Shown here one piece after another: positions 28,173-39,497 of a DNA stretch of 64,000 nt. Source of the DNA: an uncultured Candidatus Saccharibacteria bacterium. GTDB taxonomy: Bacteria > Patescibacteriota > Saccharimonadia > Saccharimonadales > 2-12-FULL-41-12. The stretch is taken from the NCBI GenBank assembly GCA_964521095.1, contig CAZFPJ010000001.1, positions 38,974 through 102,973 on the forward strand, given 5' to 3'. The translations under genes were made by a program, and so were the position numbers. Every line of letters begins with the position of its first letter. The stretch's first letter is position 1. The notes below the pieces were generated by a model that saw only the letters and a program-made list of their open reading frames with translations, did not search any database and was not told the origin of the DNA.

Positions 28173-31100
28173 TGCGACGGTACAATAGCGGAACAGATAT
28201 TGCAGATTTTGACGCGGTACGATTAGCAGTAGCCAGTCCAGAAGATATCTTGGATTGGAGCCACGGCGAAGTCACCAAGCCAGAAACTATTAACTATAGA
28301 ACCCAAAAACCAGAGCGAGATGGCCTGTTTTGTGAACGGATCTTTGGGCCCGTTAAAGACATAAACCCACACGATGCCAAGTATAAAGGCGTTCGGTCAC
28401 GAGAAGCCGCTGTAGACAAAAACGGCGAGCTAGTTACGCGGTCAATCGTTAGGCGAGAACGCATGGCGCACATTCAGTTGGCTAGCCCAGTCGCGCACAT
28501 TTGGTTCCTTCGAGGGACTCCTAGTGCCGTTGGTTTATTGTTGGGCCTAACTGTCAAAAATCTAGAGCGAGTTGCCTACTTTGCAAGCTACATTATCAAA
28601 GAAGTAGACATCGAAAAACGAGATCAATTGCTAACCGACAAAGAAGCAGAGTTTTCGGCTGCAGAACAAGCCATCAAGGCTCGTTACGAAGAAGAAGCCA
28701 AAAAAGACGACGCCAATGTAAAAGCTTTGGCCGAGGCTCAGACCAAAGAGTTAGAAGAAGTTAACGAACAGTTCGAAATATTTAAAAACCAAGTAACTGC
28801 TCTAGAAAAATGCAATCTAATTAGCGAAAACGACTACAGAGAACTTCCAGAAAACCTAAGCGACCTTATTCAGGTAGGCATGGGTGGCTCTGCACTTAAA
28901 GACCTTTTGGACAAGGTTGACCTAGTCCAGCTAATCGAAGACTTAACAAAAGAGGCAGAAGAAGCCAAAGGTCAGCGCAAAAAGAAGATTCTAAAGCGAC
29001 TTCGTTTGCTTGAGAGTATGGAGCGCGCCGGGATTAAGCCGACCAGCATGTGCGTTAGCGTCTTGCCGGTAATTCCTCCAGACCTTCGTCCGATGGTTCA
29101 GCTAACTGGTGGACGATTTGCTACCAGTGACTTAAACGATCTGTACAGGCGAGTTATTAACCGTAACAACCGTTTAAAGAAGTTGATCGACCTAAATGCC
29201 CCAGAAGTTATTTGCCGTAACGAGCAGAGGATGCTTCAGGAAGCAGTTGACGCACTAATAGACAACAGTAGCGCCCGATCTGGTCGTGCAGTTGCAGCAA
29301 CTGGCCAACGCCGTCGTTTGAAGTCTTTGAGCGACATGCTAAAAGGTAAGCAGGGTCGTTTCCGTCAAAACCTACTTGGTAAACGAGTTGACTACTCTGG
29401 CCGTTCGGTGATTGTAGCCGGCCCAGACCTCAAGATGCACCAATGTGGTTTGCCAAAGATGATGGCCCTGGAATTATTTAAGCCATTTGTAATTGGACAG
29501 CTCATCAAAGAAGAGTTTGCCCACAATATCCGTAGCGCAACGCGCATGATCGAACTTGGCGAAACAGCCGTTTGGGACGCTCTTGACGAGGTTATTAAGG
29601 ACAAATATGTTCTGCTAAACCGTGCGCCATCACTGCACCGTCTTTCTATCCAAGCTTTTCACCCTGTACTAATTGAGGGTAAGGCAATTCAGTTGCACCC
29701 ACTAGTTTGTAAGGGTTTCAACGCTGACTTCGATGGAGACCAGATGGCCGTTCATTTGCCTCTGTCAGATAGGGCGCAAGAAGAAGCTCGCAATATAATG
29801 GCAGCGGACAAGAACCTTCTAAAACCAGCCGATGGTTCGCCAATACTTCATATCGAGCAAGATATCGTGCTTGGTTGTTACTACCTAACTTACATTCGAC
29901 CAAACCAGAAGCCAAAGAAGGCAGAAGTTTACAAAGATCTTAACGAAGCATTAATGGCATTTGACAAGGGTGCGCTTGCCTTGCAGGATGAGATTACGAT
30001 TGACTTCCGTGGTCAAAAACTAACCAGTACTCTAGGTAGGTTTTTGTTTAACGAGCTTTTCCCCGAAGATTTTGCATTCCAAGATGACCCAATGACCAAA
30101 AAACGACTAGCCAAGGTTATGACAGATGTTTACCAGAAATATGGCCAGACCAAGAGCGCCGAGATTGCCGACAAACTAAAAGACCTCGGCTTTAAGATGG
30201 CAACTTTGTCCGGTATATCTATGGGTATGAGCGACTTTGTAGATGTCAAAAAGCTAGACAGCATTTTAGAATCTGCCGAAGAAAAAGCTACAGCAGTTAG
30301 TGACCAGTTCGATCAAGGGTTCATTACTGAAGACGAAAGATATCGTCTAACCATAGAAGCCTGGACAAACTCTGATGCTCAGGTACAAGCTGCGCTTAGC
30401 GAGCAGTTTAGTGGCGAAGACACGGCTATGTCGTTAGCTGTTGTGTCTGGAGCGCGTGGTTCTATTGTGCAGGTAAAACAGGTGATCGGTTCTGTAGGTA
30501 TCTTGTCCGATGCCACAGGACGAGCCATGGAGCTACCTATTAAGAGTAACTATCGTGATGGCCTAAACCCGCTAGAATACTTTACTTCTACAAGAGGTCA
30601 GAGGAAGGGGCTAATCGACACAGCCCTTAAGACTGCCGACTCTGGGTACCTAACTAGACGACTGGTAGATGTTGCCCAGGATGTTTTTACCACAGACGAA
30701 GACATTAAAGACCCAGGTTTTGCTATCTATCGCGCCGATGCCGAAGAAGTTGGGGTAGACTATTCCTTCAAGCTTGCTGGCCGATACGCTGCAGAACCAA
30801 TTGCTAAATATGTTAAGGCTGGTGAGCTAATAACCCAAGAGATAGCTCTGGCTATTGAGTCCGACAAATCTATTGACGGCGCCAAGGTGATGAGTGTGCT
30901 TAGCGCTAGCGGTGTTCGAGGAGTGAATCGCAAGAGTTACGGCATCGACCCAGCTACTGGCGAACTAGTTACCGACCATAGCCCAATTGGTGTAATTGCT
31001 GCCCAGAGTATTGGTGAGCCAGGTACTCAGTTAACCCTAAAGACTTTCCACTCTGGTGGAGCCGCAGTTGCCGATGACATCACCCAGGGTCTTCCTCGTG

Positions 31101-31975
31101 TAGAAGAGCTATTTGAAGCTCGAATTCCAAAGGGTAAAGCATATCTTTCTGACATACCTGGCAAGGTTGCAGTTTGGGAAGAGGGTGACCAGTATGTGGT
31201 CCAGGTTACTAACGATGAAGCCCAGGTTACCGATCTAAAAATTGGTGATCGAACGGTATCTATTGCTACTGGCACAGAAGTAGCAGTTGGTGATGTAGTC
31301 GCTTCCGGTGAAAAAGGCGAGAATCCACTAGTTTCTCCAGTTGCTGGCAAAGCGACAGTTAACAAAAAATCTATCAAGATTACACCTGCAGGACAGAGTG
31401 TGATCAAGTACAACATCCCAAGCTACAAACAATTGCTTGTCAAAGACGGTCAAGAAGTTGTTTCTGGACAGCGCCTTACTAACGGTTCTATTAACCTGCA
31501 TGACCTTATGTCTCTGCAGGGCGTAGAAGCCACTCAGCGCTACATCATGAACGAGATTCTTCGTATCTTTGCTAGCCAAGGTCAAAACATTGCCGACAAG
31601 CACCTAGAGATTATTGTTCGACAGATGTTTAGCCGTGTACAGATCGAAGACGCTGGCGACAGCGACTTTGTAACAGGTGACATAGTTAGCAAGATGGCTG
31701 TTATTGAAGCCAACGAACAGCTTGTAGCCGGCAAGAAAGAGCCCGCAGCTTACAACCAGCTTCTGCTTGGAATTACCAAGGCATCGTTGAGCACCGATTC
31801 GTTCCTAAGCGCAGCATCTTTCCAGGACACAACTCGAGTACTGATATCCGCCGCTACTAGTGGAAAAGTGGACAACTTGTATGGGCTAAAAGAGAATGTC
31901 ATCTTGGGTCGAAGGATCCCAGTTGGCACCGGATTCAATGCCCTAGAAGAGAAAGAACTTGAAGAAGTAGCCTAA
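28172..31975 (+). CDS. rpoC: DNA-directed RNA polymerase subunit beta'
   Basis: 1267 aa with the [12 protein letters not shown] catalytic motif. Its start overlaps the rpoB stop (TAATG). Confidence 0.97.
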   Translation: MRRYNSGTDIADFDAVRLAVASPEDILDWSHGEVTKPETINYRTQKPERDGLFCERIFGPVKDINPHDAKYKGVRSREAAVDKNGELVTRSIVRRERMAHIQLASPVAHIWFLRGTPSAVGLLLGLTVKNLERVAYFASYIIKEVDIEKRDQLLTDKEAEFSAAEQAIKARYEEEAKKDDANVKALAEAQTKELEEVNEQFEIFKNQVTALEKCNLISENDYRELPENLSDLIQVGMGGSALKDLLDKVDLVQLIEDLTKEAEEAKGQRKKKILKRLRLLESMERAGIKPTSMCVSVLPVIPPDLRPMVQLTGGRFATSDLNDLYRRVINRNNRLKKLIDLNAPEVICRNEQRMLQEAVDALIDNSSARSGRAVAATGQRRRLKSLSDMLKGKQGRFRQNLLGKRVDYSGRSVIVAGPDLKMHQCGLPKMMALELFKPFVIGQLIKEEFAHNIRSATRMIELGETAVWDALDEVIKDKYVLLNRAPSLHRLSIQAFHPVLIEGKAIQLHPLVCKGFNADFDGDQMAVHLPLSDRAQEEARNIMAADKNLLKPADGSPILHIEQDIVLGCYYLTYIRPNQKPKKAEVYKDLNEALMAFDKGALALQDEITIDFRGQKLTSTLGRFLFNELFPEDFAFQDDPMTKKRLAKVMTDVYQKYGQTKSAEIADKLKDLGFKMATLSGISMGMSDFVDVKKLDSILESAEEKATAVSDQFDQGFITEDERYRLTIEAWTNSDAQVQAALSEQFSGEDTAMSLAVVSGARGSIVQVKQVIGSVGILSDATGRAMELPIKSNYRDGLNPLEYFTSTRGQRKGLIDTALKTADSGYLTRRLVDVAQDVFTTDEDIKDPGFAIYRADAEEVGVDYSFKLAGRYAAEPIAKYVKAGELITQEIALAIESDKSIDGAKVMSVLSASGVRGVNRKSYGIDPATGELVTDHSPIGVIAAQSIGEPGTQLTLKTFHSGGAAVADDITQGLPRVEELFEARIPKGKAYLSDIPGKVAVWEEGDQYVVQVTNDEAQVTDLKIGDRTVSIATGTEVAVGDVVASGEKGENPLVSPVAGKATVNKKSIKITPAGQSVIKYNIPSYKQLLVKDGQEVVSGQRLTNGSINLHDLMSLQGVEATQRYIMNEILRIFASQGQNIADKHLEIIVRQMFSRVQIEDAGDSDFVTGDIVSKMAVIEANEQLVAGKKEPAAYNQLLLGITKASLSTDSFLSAASFQDTTRVLISAATSGKVDNLYGLKENVILGRRIPVGTGFNALEEKELEEVA

Positions 31976-32066
31976 AAGATGGTAAAATACACAGCAATAG
32001 CTTTTAGTAACCTAACGCCAGCAAGAAGGGCTGGTCGCTGAGAAAGAGCGAAAGACATTTTAATAT

Positions 32067-32480
32067 ATGCCTACAATCAATCAGTTAGTCCGAAAGCCTC
32101 GTACTAGAACCAGTGCCAAGAGTAAATCGCCTGCTTTACAGCGAGTGGTTAACAACCTAAAGACAAAGAACTACGAGAAGGCTTCTCCGTTAAAGCGAGG
32201 AGTCTGTATCAAGGTAACTACCAAAACACCTAAAAAGCCTAACTCGGCCCTACGAAAAGTCGCTCGTGTACGACTAAGCAACGGGCATGAGGTTTGGGCT
32301 TATATTGGTGGCGAAGGACACAACTTGCAAGAACACGCCGCAGTGCTAGTTCGCGGTGGTCGTGTAAAAGACCTTCCTGGTGTTCGCTACCACATTGTCC
32401 GTGGAGCACTAGACTTACAGGGCGTTGCCAACAGAAAACAAGGCCGTTCCAAGTATGGCGCCAAGAAAGAGAGTAAGTAG
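32067..32480 (+). CDS. rpsL: 30S ribosomal protein S12
   Basis: [10 protein letters not shown]...[10 protein letters not shown]. Confidence 0.97.
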   Translation: MPTINQLVRKPRTRTSAKSKSPALQRVVNNLKTKNYEKASPLKRGVCIKVTTKTPKKPNSALRKVARVRLSNGHEVWAYIGGEGHNLQEHAAVLVRGGRVKDLPGVRYHIVRGALDLQGVANRKQGRSKYGAKKESK

Positions 32481-32960
32481 ATGCCCCGCAAAAAAACTAA
32501 AGATCTAGTCCGAGACATCCCAGCCGACCGAGTGTACAACAGTGTTGCAGTACAACGACTAATTAACCGAGTTATGCTTGATGGCAAAAAGCAAATTGCC
32601 GAACGACTTGTGTATGGCGGTATGCAAAAATCTGCCGACAAACTAAAGGTACAAAACCCGCTAGAAGTGTTCGAGCAAGCTATGGCAAACATCAAGCCTT
32701 CTGTAGAGACTCGTTCTCGCAGGGTTGGTGGTGCTAACTACCAGATTCCGTTTGAAGTAAAAGGTCAACGACAGAATCATCTAACTACTATGTGGTTTGT
32801 GGCTGCAGCTCGAGCCCGCAAAGGCATGAGTATGGAAGACCGAATTGCCCTTGAGCTTACAGATGCCTACAATAGCGCCGGTGCGGCAGTTAAAAAACGC
32901 GAAGACATGCACAAGATGGCCGAAGCCAACCGAGCTTTTGCTCATTTTGCCCGATACTAA
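32481..32960 (+). CDS. rpsG: 30S ribosomal protein S7
   Basis: 159 aa with S7 blocks (GKKQIAERLVY, ANYQIP), in the str operon position. Confidence 0.96.
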   Translation: MPRKKTKDLVRDIPADRVYNSVAVQRLINRVMLDGKKQIAERLVYGGMQKSADKLKVQNPLEVFEQAMANIKPSVETRSRRVGGANYQIPFEVKGQRQNHLTTMWFVAAARARKGMSMEDRIALELTDAYNSAGAAVKKREDMHKMAEANRAFAHFARY

Positions 32961-33000
32961 TCACCCCCTGGTGGGATAATAATTTCAAGAAAGTAAACCA

Positions 33001-35088
33001 ATGAGTTCCAAAAAATATCCACTAAATAAACTTCGTAACATCGGTATTATTGCCCACATTGACGCGGGTAAGACAACTACCACCGAAGGTATCCTGTTTC
33101 GAACTGGCTTAAAGCACAAAATTGGTGCTGTTCATGAGGGAGAAACCACTACTGACTGGATGGAGCAAGAACGAGAAAGAGGCATAACTATTACATCAGC
33201 CGCTGTTACTTGTTATTGGAAAGACCACCAGATTAACATCATCGATACTCCTGGACACATTGACTTTACTGTAGAGGTAGAACGGTCACTTAGGGTGCTT
33301 GATGGCGCTGTGACTGTATTTGATGGCAAGATGGGTGTAGAGAGCCAGAGTGAAACCGTCTGGCGTCAGGCCGACAAATATGGGGTACCACGAATTTGCT
33401 TTATTAACAAAATCAACCAAACCGGCGGTGATTTTTACAAGTCTCTTGACTCTATACATGCACGGCTTAATAAAGCTGCTTTCCCAATCCATTTACCAAT
33501 TGGTTTCGAACAAGGGATCAACGGAGTTGTCGACCTCATCGAGATGAAGGCCTACACATATAAAGAATTTACAGACAAAGAACTTACAGAGGGCGAAATC
33601 CCGGCTGACATGCTCGACAAGGCCAAAAAATACCGAAGTTTATTAATCGAAAATGCCGTCGCTGAAGACGAAGCTATGCTAGAGAAATACTTCGAAGTTG
33701 GTGAGGATGGCCTAAGTGTCGACGAGATTAAGCAAGCTATCCGTACAGCTGTACTTAGCGGTAAATTCTTTGCAGTTACAGGTGGAGACGGCCGAGGCGT
33801 AATTGTAGAAAAAGTGCTGGACTCTGTTGTAGAACTTCTTCCGTCGCCAATCGACCGAGGATCTGTTTGGGGCAAGCACGCTAAATCTGGTGACGAGATC
33901 GAGCGCAAACCAGACTCTGCAGAGCCTTTTGCTGGCCTAGCTTTCAAGATAGCAACTGACCCATTTGTTGGAAAACTTAGTTTTGTTAGGGTATATTCTG
34001 GTAAGCTCCAAGCCGGTAGCTATGTTCTTAATAGTTCTTCTGGCGAAAAAGAGCGAATTGGCCGAATTGTGCGAATGCAAGCCGATCAACGCCAAGATGT
34101 TACCGAAATTGTAGCTGGCGATATCGCCGCAGTTGTAGGACTTAAAGCTACTACTACTGGACACACACTAACAGATCAGGCCAACCCAATTGTGCTAGAG
34201 AGCATCACTTTCCCAGAGCCTCCAGTCAGTATTGCAATCGAGCCAAAAACCAAAGTCGACCAAGAAAAAATGAGCCTTGCCTTGCAACGACTTGCAGAAG
34301 AAGACCCAACTTTTAGGATCAAAGTAGACGAAGAAACTGGCCAAACCATTATTCGTGGTATGGGCGAGTTGCACCTAGAAATTATCGTAGACCGCATGAA
34401 GCGCGAATTTAAGGTAGAGGCCAACATTGGTCAGCCTCAAGTTGCCTACCGCGAGACTATCCGAAAAGACAGCGTGGAAGTCCAAGGTAAATTTATCCGA
34501 CAATCTGGTGGTCGTGGTCAATATGGTGATGTTTGGCTCCGTCTTAGCCAGAACGAATCGGGTAAAGGTCTTGAGTTTATTAACTCTATCAAGGGTGGAG
34601 TGATTCCTCAGGAGTATATCAAGCCTGTTAGCGAAGGTATTAAAGAAGCCATGAGTAACGGTGTTTTGGCTGGATATCCTGTTGTAGACATCAAGGCCGA
34701 GCTGTATGACGGTAGTTTTCACGATGTTGACTCTAGCGAGATGGCCTTTAAAATTGCCGGTTCTATGGCGCTCCAAGAAGGTGTTAAAAAGGCCAACCCA
34801 GTGTTGCTCGAGCCTATCATGAAGGTTGTGGCCGTAACTCCAGAAGAGTTTATGGGTGATGTCATCGGAGACCTAAATAGCAAACGAGGGCGCATAGAAG
34901 CCATGGAAGACCTAGCGAATGGCGTCAAACAGATTACCTCATTTGTGCCACTTGGTGAGATGTTTGGCTACACCACCAACCTTCGTTCTATGACCCAGGG
35001 CCGAGCCAGCTCTAGTATGGAGCTAGATCACTATGCCGATGTACCTCCAAATGTAGCCGAAGCCATCATAGCTAAAACCAGCAAATAG
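33001..35088 (+). CDS. fusA: elongation factor G
   Basis: [13 protein letters not shown]1 motif and DTPGHIDF; 695 aa. Confidence 0.97.
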   Translation: MSSKKYPLNKLRNIGIIAHIDAGKTTTTEGILFRTGLKHKIGAVHEGETTTDWMEQERERGITITSAAVTCYWKDHQINIIDTPGHIDFTVEVERSLRVLDGAVTVFDGKMGVESQSETVWRQADKYGVPRICFINKINQTGGDFYKSLDSIHARLNKAAFPIHLPIGFEQGINGVVDLIEMKAYTYKEFTDKELTEGEIPADMLDKAKKYRSLLIENAVAEDEAMLEKYFEVGEDGLSVDEIKQAIRTAVLSGKFFAVTGGDGRGVIVEKVLDSVVELLPSPIDRGSVWGKHAKSGDEIERKPDSAEPFAGLAFKIATDPFVGKLSFVRVYSGKLQAGSYVLNSSSGEKERIGRIVRMQADQRQDVTEIVAGDIAAVVGLKATTTGHTLTDQANPIVLESITFPEPPVSIAIEPKTKVDQEKMSLALQRLAEEDPTFRIKVDEETGQTIIRGMGELHLEIIVDRMKREFKVEANIGQPQVAYRETIRKDSVEVQGKFIRQSGGRGQYGDVWLRLSQNESGKGLEFINSIKGGVIPQEYIKPVSEGIKEAMSNGVLAGYPVVDIKAELYDGSFHDVDSSEMAFKIAGSMALQEGVKKANPVLLEPIMKVVAVTPEEFMGDVIGDLNSKRGRIEAMEDLANGVKQITSFVPLGEMFGYTTNLRSMTQGRASSSMELDHYADVPPNVAEAIIAKTSK

Positions 35089-35097
35089 GTATCGATT

Positions 35098-35271
35098 ATG
35101 GAGGGGAGAGAATTCTCGAGTGAAGAACCTCAACCCATCATTAATGAACTTAGCTTGGCCAGTAGAGTCATGCTATCTATATTTAACCTTGGACTTATTA
35201 GTCCAAAAGAATTTAAAGTAACTCCAGAAGATATTCAAAAATATCAATTTAACCCCGAAGGAGATGCCTAA
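35098..35271 (+). CDS. possible 57-aa small protein
   Basis: ATG at 35098 and TAA at 35269-35271 overlapping the next ATG (TAATG). No clear RBS. Below the ORF-track cutoff. Confidence 0.3.
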   Translation: MEGREFSSEEPQPIINELSLASRVMLSIFNLGLISPKEFKVTPEDIQKYQFNPEGDA

Positions 35272-35516
35272 TGAGCTGGCAAGATATTGTATTGACCATT
35301 GGTAATCTGGTTTTTATCGTAGCGTTAATCCCGTCAATCTTGAGTAAAGATAAGCCACATTTGCTTACTAGCCTTACCAACGCAACCGTCTTGTTTGTGA
35401 TAGCTCTGGTCTATAGTACCCTACACCTGTATTTGTCTGGTGTGGTTTTGGTCGTAACCGGTTCGCTATGGCTTACTCTTGCTTGGCAAAAATACGCTAA
35501 GTCAAAAGCGAAATAA
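35271..35516 (+). CDS. hypothetical small membrane protein (2-3 TM)
   Basis: 81 aa and hydrophobic. A GAAGGAG RBS lies 7 nt upstream. Sits between fusA and tuf. Confidence 0.6.
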   Translation: MSWQDIVLTIGNLVFIVALIPSILSKDKPHLLTSLTNATVLFVIALVYSTLHLYLSGVVLVVTGSLWLTLAWQKYAKSKAK

Positions 35517-35519
35517 CCC

Positions 35520-35548
35520 TTTACAACCGTATTGTAATCGGCTAAAAT
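35520..35548 (+). promoter_or_regulatory. putative tuf promoter
   Basis: TTTACA-17-TAAAAT. Confidence 0.5.
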
Positions 35549-35622
35549 AGATTGGTAAATTGCGTGAGTCATTGAGATTTATGCGAAATAATTTTAAAGA
35601 AAATAATAGGAGAATATAATTT

Positions 35623-36804
35623 ATGGCAGATTTTGACCGAAGTAAGCCTCATGTAAATGTAGGTACCATGGGACATGTTGACCACGGTAAGACTACTCTT
35701 ACAGCTGCAATTACTCATGTACTTGCAAAGAAGCTTCCAAGTGCAGTAAATGTACCAAAAAACTACGACGAGATCGATAACGCACCAGAGGAGAAGGCTC
35801 GTGGTATTACCATCGCTACTTCTCACCAAGAGTACGAAAGCGAAAAGCGACACTACGCTCATGTTGACATGCCTGGTCACGCCGACTATGTCAAAAACAT
35901 GATTACAGGTGCCGCCCAGATCGATGGCGCTATTCTTGTTGTAGGTGCAAACGATGGCCCATTGCCACAAACTCGTGAGCATGTTCTTCTTGCTCGCCAG
36001 GTTGGCGTGCCAAAGATTGTTGTTTTTATGAACAAGATGGACCTTGCAGATCCAGAGCTTGTAGAGCTTGTAGAGATGGACATTCGCGAACTTCTTGAAA
36101 AGAACGGTTTTGACGAAAACGCTCCTATCATCAAGGGTTCTGCTACAAAGGCTCTAGAAGGCGACACAGCTAACGAAGACGCAATTATGGAGCTTGTTAA
36201 GGCTCTTGACGAGTATGTTCCAGAACCAAAACGAGAGCTAGACAAGCCTTTCCTAATGCCTATCGAAGATGTATTTTCTATCAAGGGCCGAGGTACTGTT
36301 GCTACTGGTCGTATCGAGGCTGGTGTAGTAAAGGTTAACGACGAAGTAGAGATTGTTGGTATCCGTGAGCCAAAGAAATCAGTTGTAACTGGTATCGAAG
36401 CGTTCAAAAAGAGCCTTGACCAAGGTCAAGCTGGTGACAACGCTGGTATTCTTCTTCGAGGTATCGAGCGAGACGATATCGAACGAGGTCAGGTTATCGC
36501 CAAGCCAGGTTCTATCACTCCTCACACAGAGTTTGACAGCGAAGTTTATATCCTTACCAAAGAAGAGGGTGGTCGACACACTCCTTTCTTCAAGGGTTAC
36601 AAGCCTCAGTTCTACTTCCGAACTACGGATGTAACTGGTGAGGTTGAACTTCCAGCCGACAAAGAAATGGTTATGCCAGGTGACACAATCACCTTCAAGG
36701 TAAAACTGCTTGCACCAATCGCTATGGAACAAGGTCTTCGCTTCGCTATCCGTGAAGGTGGCCGAACCGTAGGTGCCGGTGTTGTAACAAAGATCATCAA
36801 ATAA
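35623..36804 (+). CDS. tuf: elongation factor Tu
   Basis: [21 protein letters not shown] and NKMD; 393 aa. Confidence 0.98.
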   Translation: MADFDRSKPHVNVGTMGHVDHGKTTLTAAITHVLAKKLPSAVNVPKNYDEIDNAPEEKARGITIATSHQEYESEKRHYAHVDMPGHADYVKNMITGAAQIDGAILVVGANDGPLPQTREHVLLARQVGVPKIVVFMNKMDLADPELVELVEMDIRELLEKNGFDENAPIIKGSATKALEGDTANEDAIMELVKALDEYVPEPKRELDKPFLMPIEDVFSIKGRGTVATGRIEAGVVKVNDEVEIVGIREPKKSVVTGIEAFKKSLDQGQAGDNAGILLRGIERDDIERGQVIAKPGSITPHTEFDSEVYILTKEEGGRHTPFFKGYKPQFYFRTTDVTGEVELPADKEMVMPGDTITFKVKLLAPIAMEQGLRFAIREGGRTVGAGVVTKIIK

Positions 36805-36826
36805 TCTTCTAGCAACACACCGTGAA

Positions 36827-36859
36827 CCCCAGAAGTAAGTTAATCACTTCTGGGGTTTT
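36827..36859 (+). terminator. rho-independent terminator after tuf
   Basis: CCCCAGAAGT-9 nt-ACTTCTGGGG followed by TTTT. Confidence 0.8.
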
Positions 36860-37053
36860 ACTTTTGGCGGATTGCTTTGTCGACTGGCGTCTATCGCTCG
36901 CTCGTCGTATGTAAAATACGACTCGCTCTCTCTTCCTGGTCTCCTCACACTCCATCCAAATGTGTCACTGGAAGGATCTTCCTGAGAAGCCAAAAAGAGC
37001 TCCCAAAATCGGAGCCCTTTTAATTTGTATCACCCAGTGAGATAATACAATTA

Positions 37054-37434
37054 ATGAGTCCTGAAATTATATCTTGGCAAGAGCATAAAGAGCGTGAACG
37101 ACAACAAGCTCAGGCGTCGCTTATTGATGTTGCGTTTGAGCACCCAGATGGCATTAGTGCTTGGAATATCAGGAAAGAGGCATGTGCTCGAGATCAAAGA
37201 GCTTTCTATGCATCAGATGAGAGACAGATCGAGCGAGAGGAAGAGCGACATCTAAGAGATGCAGGCAGGCCTGTGCCTTGGGGTATATCAAAAACACCTC
37301 CTGACGAGGCTTTGTATGGGCTGGTGCTTTCAGGGTTGAGAGAGTCGGGAATACTAGTCAGAAATACAGCTGATCTAATTGTTCTCGAACCAGAACTCTT
37401 CAACGAGAGACTCGTTGCTAAAGTTTCGCAGTAG
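37054..37434 (+). CDS. hypothetical protein
   Basis: 126-aa charged ORF between tuf and rpsJ. No recognisable domain. Confidence 0.5.
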   Translation: MSPEIISWQEHKERERQQAQASLIDVAFEHPDGISAWNIRKEACARDQRAFYASDERQIEREEERHLRDAGRPVPWGISKTPPDEALYGLVLSGLRESGILVRNTADLIVLEPELFNERLVAKVSQ

Positions 37435-37559
37435 ATTTTTACCAACGAATCTGTTAAAATAGGCTAATCATTAATAAAATTTGCTGACTAAAAGTTATTT
37501 TGCTTTAAAGACAAAACAATGTTACAGCAAACTGAGCAATCAGGAAGGAACAACACCTT

Positions 37560-37922
37560 ATGGTAGAGGCCAAAAAAACTACTACAAATAAAACAACTGA
37601 GGCAAAAGCTCCTACGGGCGGTCAACGAATTCGTATTCGCTTGAAAGCCTATGACCACAAAGTTATCGACCAATCTGCAAAACAGATTGTAGATACTGCT
37701 CTTCGAACCGGAGCAACCATTGCAGGGCCAGTGCCGTTGCCAACCCGTCGGAGTACCTTTACAGTGGTAAAAAGCCCACATGTATACAAAAAAGGCCGTG
37801 AACAGTTTGAGATGCGTGTCCACAAGCGACTTATAGATGTTCTAAATCCAACTCCTAAAACTATAGATTCTCTTATGAATCTAAGTCTTCCAGCCGGCTG
37901 TGACGCCGAAATCAAGATGTAG
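37560..37922 (+). CDS. rpsJ: 30S ribosomal protein S10 (N-terminally extended)
   Basis: [23 protein letters not shown] core with a ~17-aa Lys/Thr-rich N-terminal extension. Confidence 0.95.
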   Translation: MVEAKKTTTNKTTEAKAPTGGQRIRIRLKAYDHKVIDQSAKQIVDTALRTGATIAGPVPLPTRRSTFTVVKSPHVYKKGREQFEMRVHKRLIDVLNPTPKTIDSLMNLSLPAGCDAEIKM

Positions 37923-38031
37923 CTACTTTTTGAGCGTAAATTAAGATTGTGGTGGCGTCTCTCTGTGCGAGAGGCCTGGAGCTCTTTCTTCGGGCTAGGG
38001 GCACTGTTATTTCGATGGACAGTGGCGTATA

Positions 38032-38316
38032 ATGACGCTTATGGCAAAGAAAAAGCAAAAATCTAAAAAAGTTGTGTCTAATCAAGACGGTGTGTATTTT
38101 TTAAAACTGACATTGTTTGTGCTAGTTGGCTCTCTGTGGATCAAGGTTACCTCTGGCGAAAACCTACAAATTCCAATACCAATCGGGCTACTAATTGGCC
38201 TAATGTTTGTTAAAAACGAGCACTTTCAGGTCGATCGCAAGATTGACTACGCGATTTTGCTCATCGCATCGTTTATTGGCTTTTGGGCGCCATTTGGCAT
38301 ATATATATCGTTATAA
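38032..38316 (+). CDS. hypothetical small membrane protein (3 TM)
   Basis: 94 aa with a basic N-terminus and three hydrophobic segments. The alternative ATG at 38041 lies 7 nt after a TATAAT box. Confidence 0.6.
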   Translation: MTLMAKKKQKSKKVVSNQDGVYFLKLTLFVLVGSLWIKVTSGENLQIPIPIGLLIGLMFVKNEHFQVDRKIDYAILLIASFIGFWAPFGIYISL

Positions 38317-38498
38317 AAATTCCTAAAAAAGCGTTATTCTATAATACTTTTTAAAAAAATTACAACACCCAAAGTACTAGTGTTAGGCTTGACAAGAAAA
38401 CCTATATTTTGTAGGGTAAAAATTCGTGCTTTTCAAAAAAGGGACTTTATTGGCACGAGTTTTGAACTAGAAAATTAAGCAATAACCAGGAGGGTTTT

Positions 38499-39260
38499 AT
38501 GCGATTTACCGCAGTAGTTGCGGGTGTATTTTTGTTTGCCTTGATTTTGGCAACAGACAAACCGCAGGCGCAAGCCGAAGCAAATATTAACAGTAATATT
38601 CAACTGTCTTCAACCAAGATAGACAATGTTTTGGAAGAGGTTGTTGACGAGGCTAAGCGAGGCGATCAGCCCGCACCAGTGACTGCATCTGCAGAGTACA
38701 CGGTTGTTAACGGGGACACTTTGGCAAAAATAGCCACAGAGCACAACCAAACATGGAAGAGATTATTTGATAAAAATCAGCAAATCACTGATCCCAATAT
38801 CATAACTCCGGGCCAAAAGATTTTGATCCCGAGTAAGGATGAAGTATTGCCCGAACGAGCAGTTCCAGCCTCTGCGCCAGTACAGAGCCAGCCTGTAAGA
38901 GCTCCAAGAAGTAGCGCTACGGTACAGGGCGCACAAGCCCCAACGCAATATAGTCGAGGCGACTCTAGTGGCAATAGGTATTACTACGGATATTGCACCT
39001 GGTATGCCAAACAGAGGCGCCCTGATCTGCCGAATAACCTTGGGGATGCTATTAGCTGGGTGGCTCGAGCCAGAGCTCAGGGTATAGCTACTGGTTCTAC
39101 GCCTAGGGTTGGCGCGGTTGGTCAACAGGGGAACCATGTTGTTTTTGTAGAGGCGGTCAACGCTAACGGCACAGTGACTATTAGCGAGATGAACTATGTC
39201 GGTCGTGGCGTGGTTAACAGCAGAACAGTGCCTGCCGGAACTTTCCAGTACATTTATTAG
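38499..39260 (+). CDS. secreted LysM-CHAP peptidoglycan hydrolase
   Basis: Signal peptide MRFTAVVAGVFLFALILATDKPQAQA; LysM (YTVVNGDTLAKIA...GQKILIP); CHAP Cys/His (GYCTWYAKQ, GNHVVFVEAV, ISEMN); AGGAGG RBS. Confidence 0.85.
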   Translation: MRFTAVVAGVFLFALILATDKPQAQAEANINSNIQLSSTKIDNVLEEVVDEAKRGDQPAPVTASAEYTVVNGDTLAKIATEHNQTWKRLFDKNQQITDPNIITPGQKILIPSKDEVLPERAVPASAPVQSQPVRAPRSSATVQGAQAPTQYSRGDSSGNRYYYGYCTWYAKQRRPDLPNNLGDAISWVARARAQGIATGSTPRVGAVGQQGNHVVFVEAVNANGTVTISEMNYVGRGVVNSRTVPAGTFQYIY

Positions 39261-39497
39261 GCATTTGTTCTTGGGCACATACTTTGTAGAATTTACAGCA
39301 TATTGACAGAGGTAACATTTTTGTGGTAATCTGTTATGGTAACTCAAAACAAAGTATGGCGTATTCGGAAGGTCTACCAACGAATAACAGAGGTAGAAAC
39401 CACCAGGCGTCATCATTTTAATTGTTTGTCCAGGCGAAGTTGACTATATTTCAGGCGACTTGTTTTGGAAAAATAATACGCTGACAGAAAGAAGGAA

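Noticed and set aside
35886-36407. 173-aa antisense ORF inside tuf, with similar antisense ORFs inside rpoB, rpoC, fusA, clpC, radA and secY
   Set aside because: They are entirely contained within highly conserved genes on the opposite strand. Their composition is low-complexity Ser/Thr/Ala/Arg-rich, typical of antisense frames, and they have no start context.
36992-37021. Second terminator-like hairpin ~140 nt after the tuf terminator, taken as evidence for a discrete sRNA
   Set aside because: The stem has an internal mismatch, and I found no convincing promoter between 36860 and 36990. It is reported only as part of the spacer observation.
38763-39416. 217-aa minus-strand ORF overlapping the LysM-CHAP gene
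   Set aside because: The plus-strand frame carries a signal peptide, LysM and CHAP motifs and a strong RBS. The minus-strand frame has no recognisable features.
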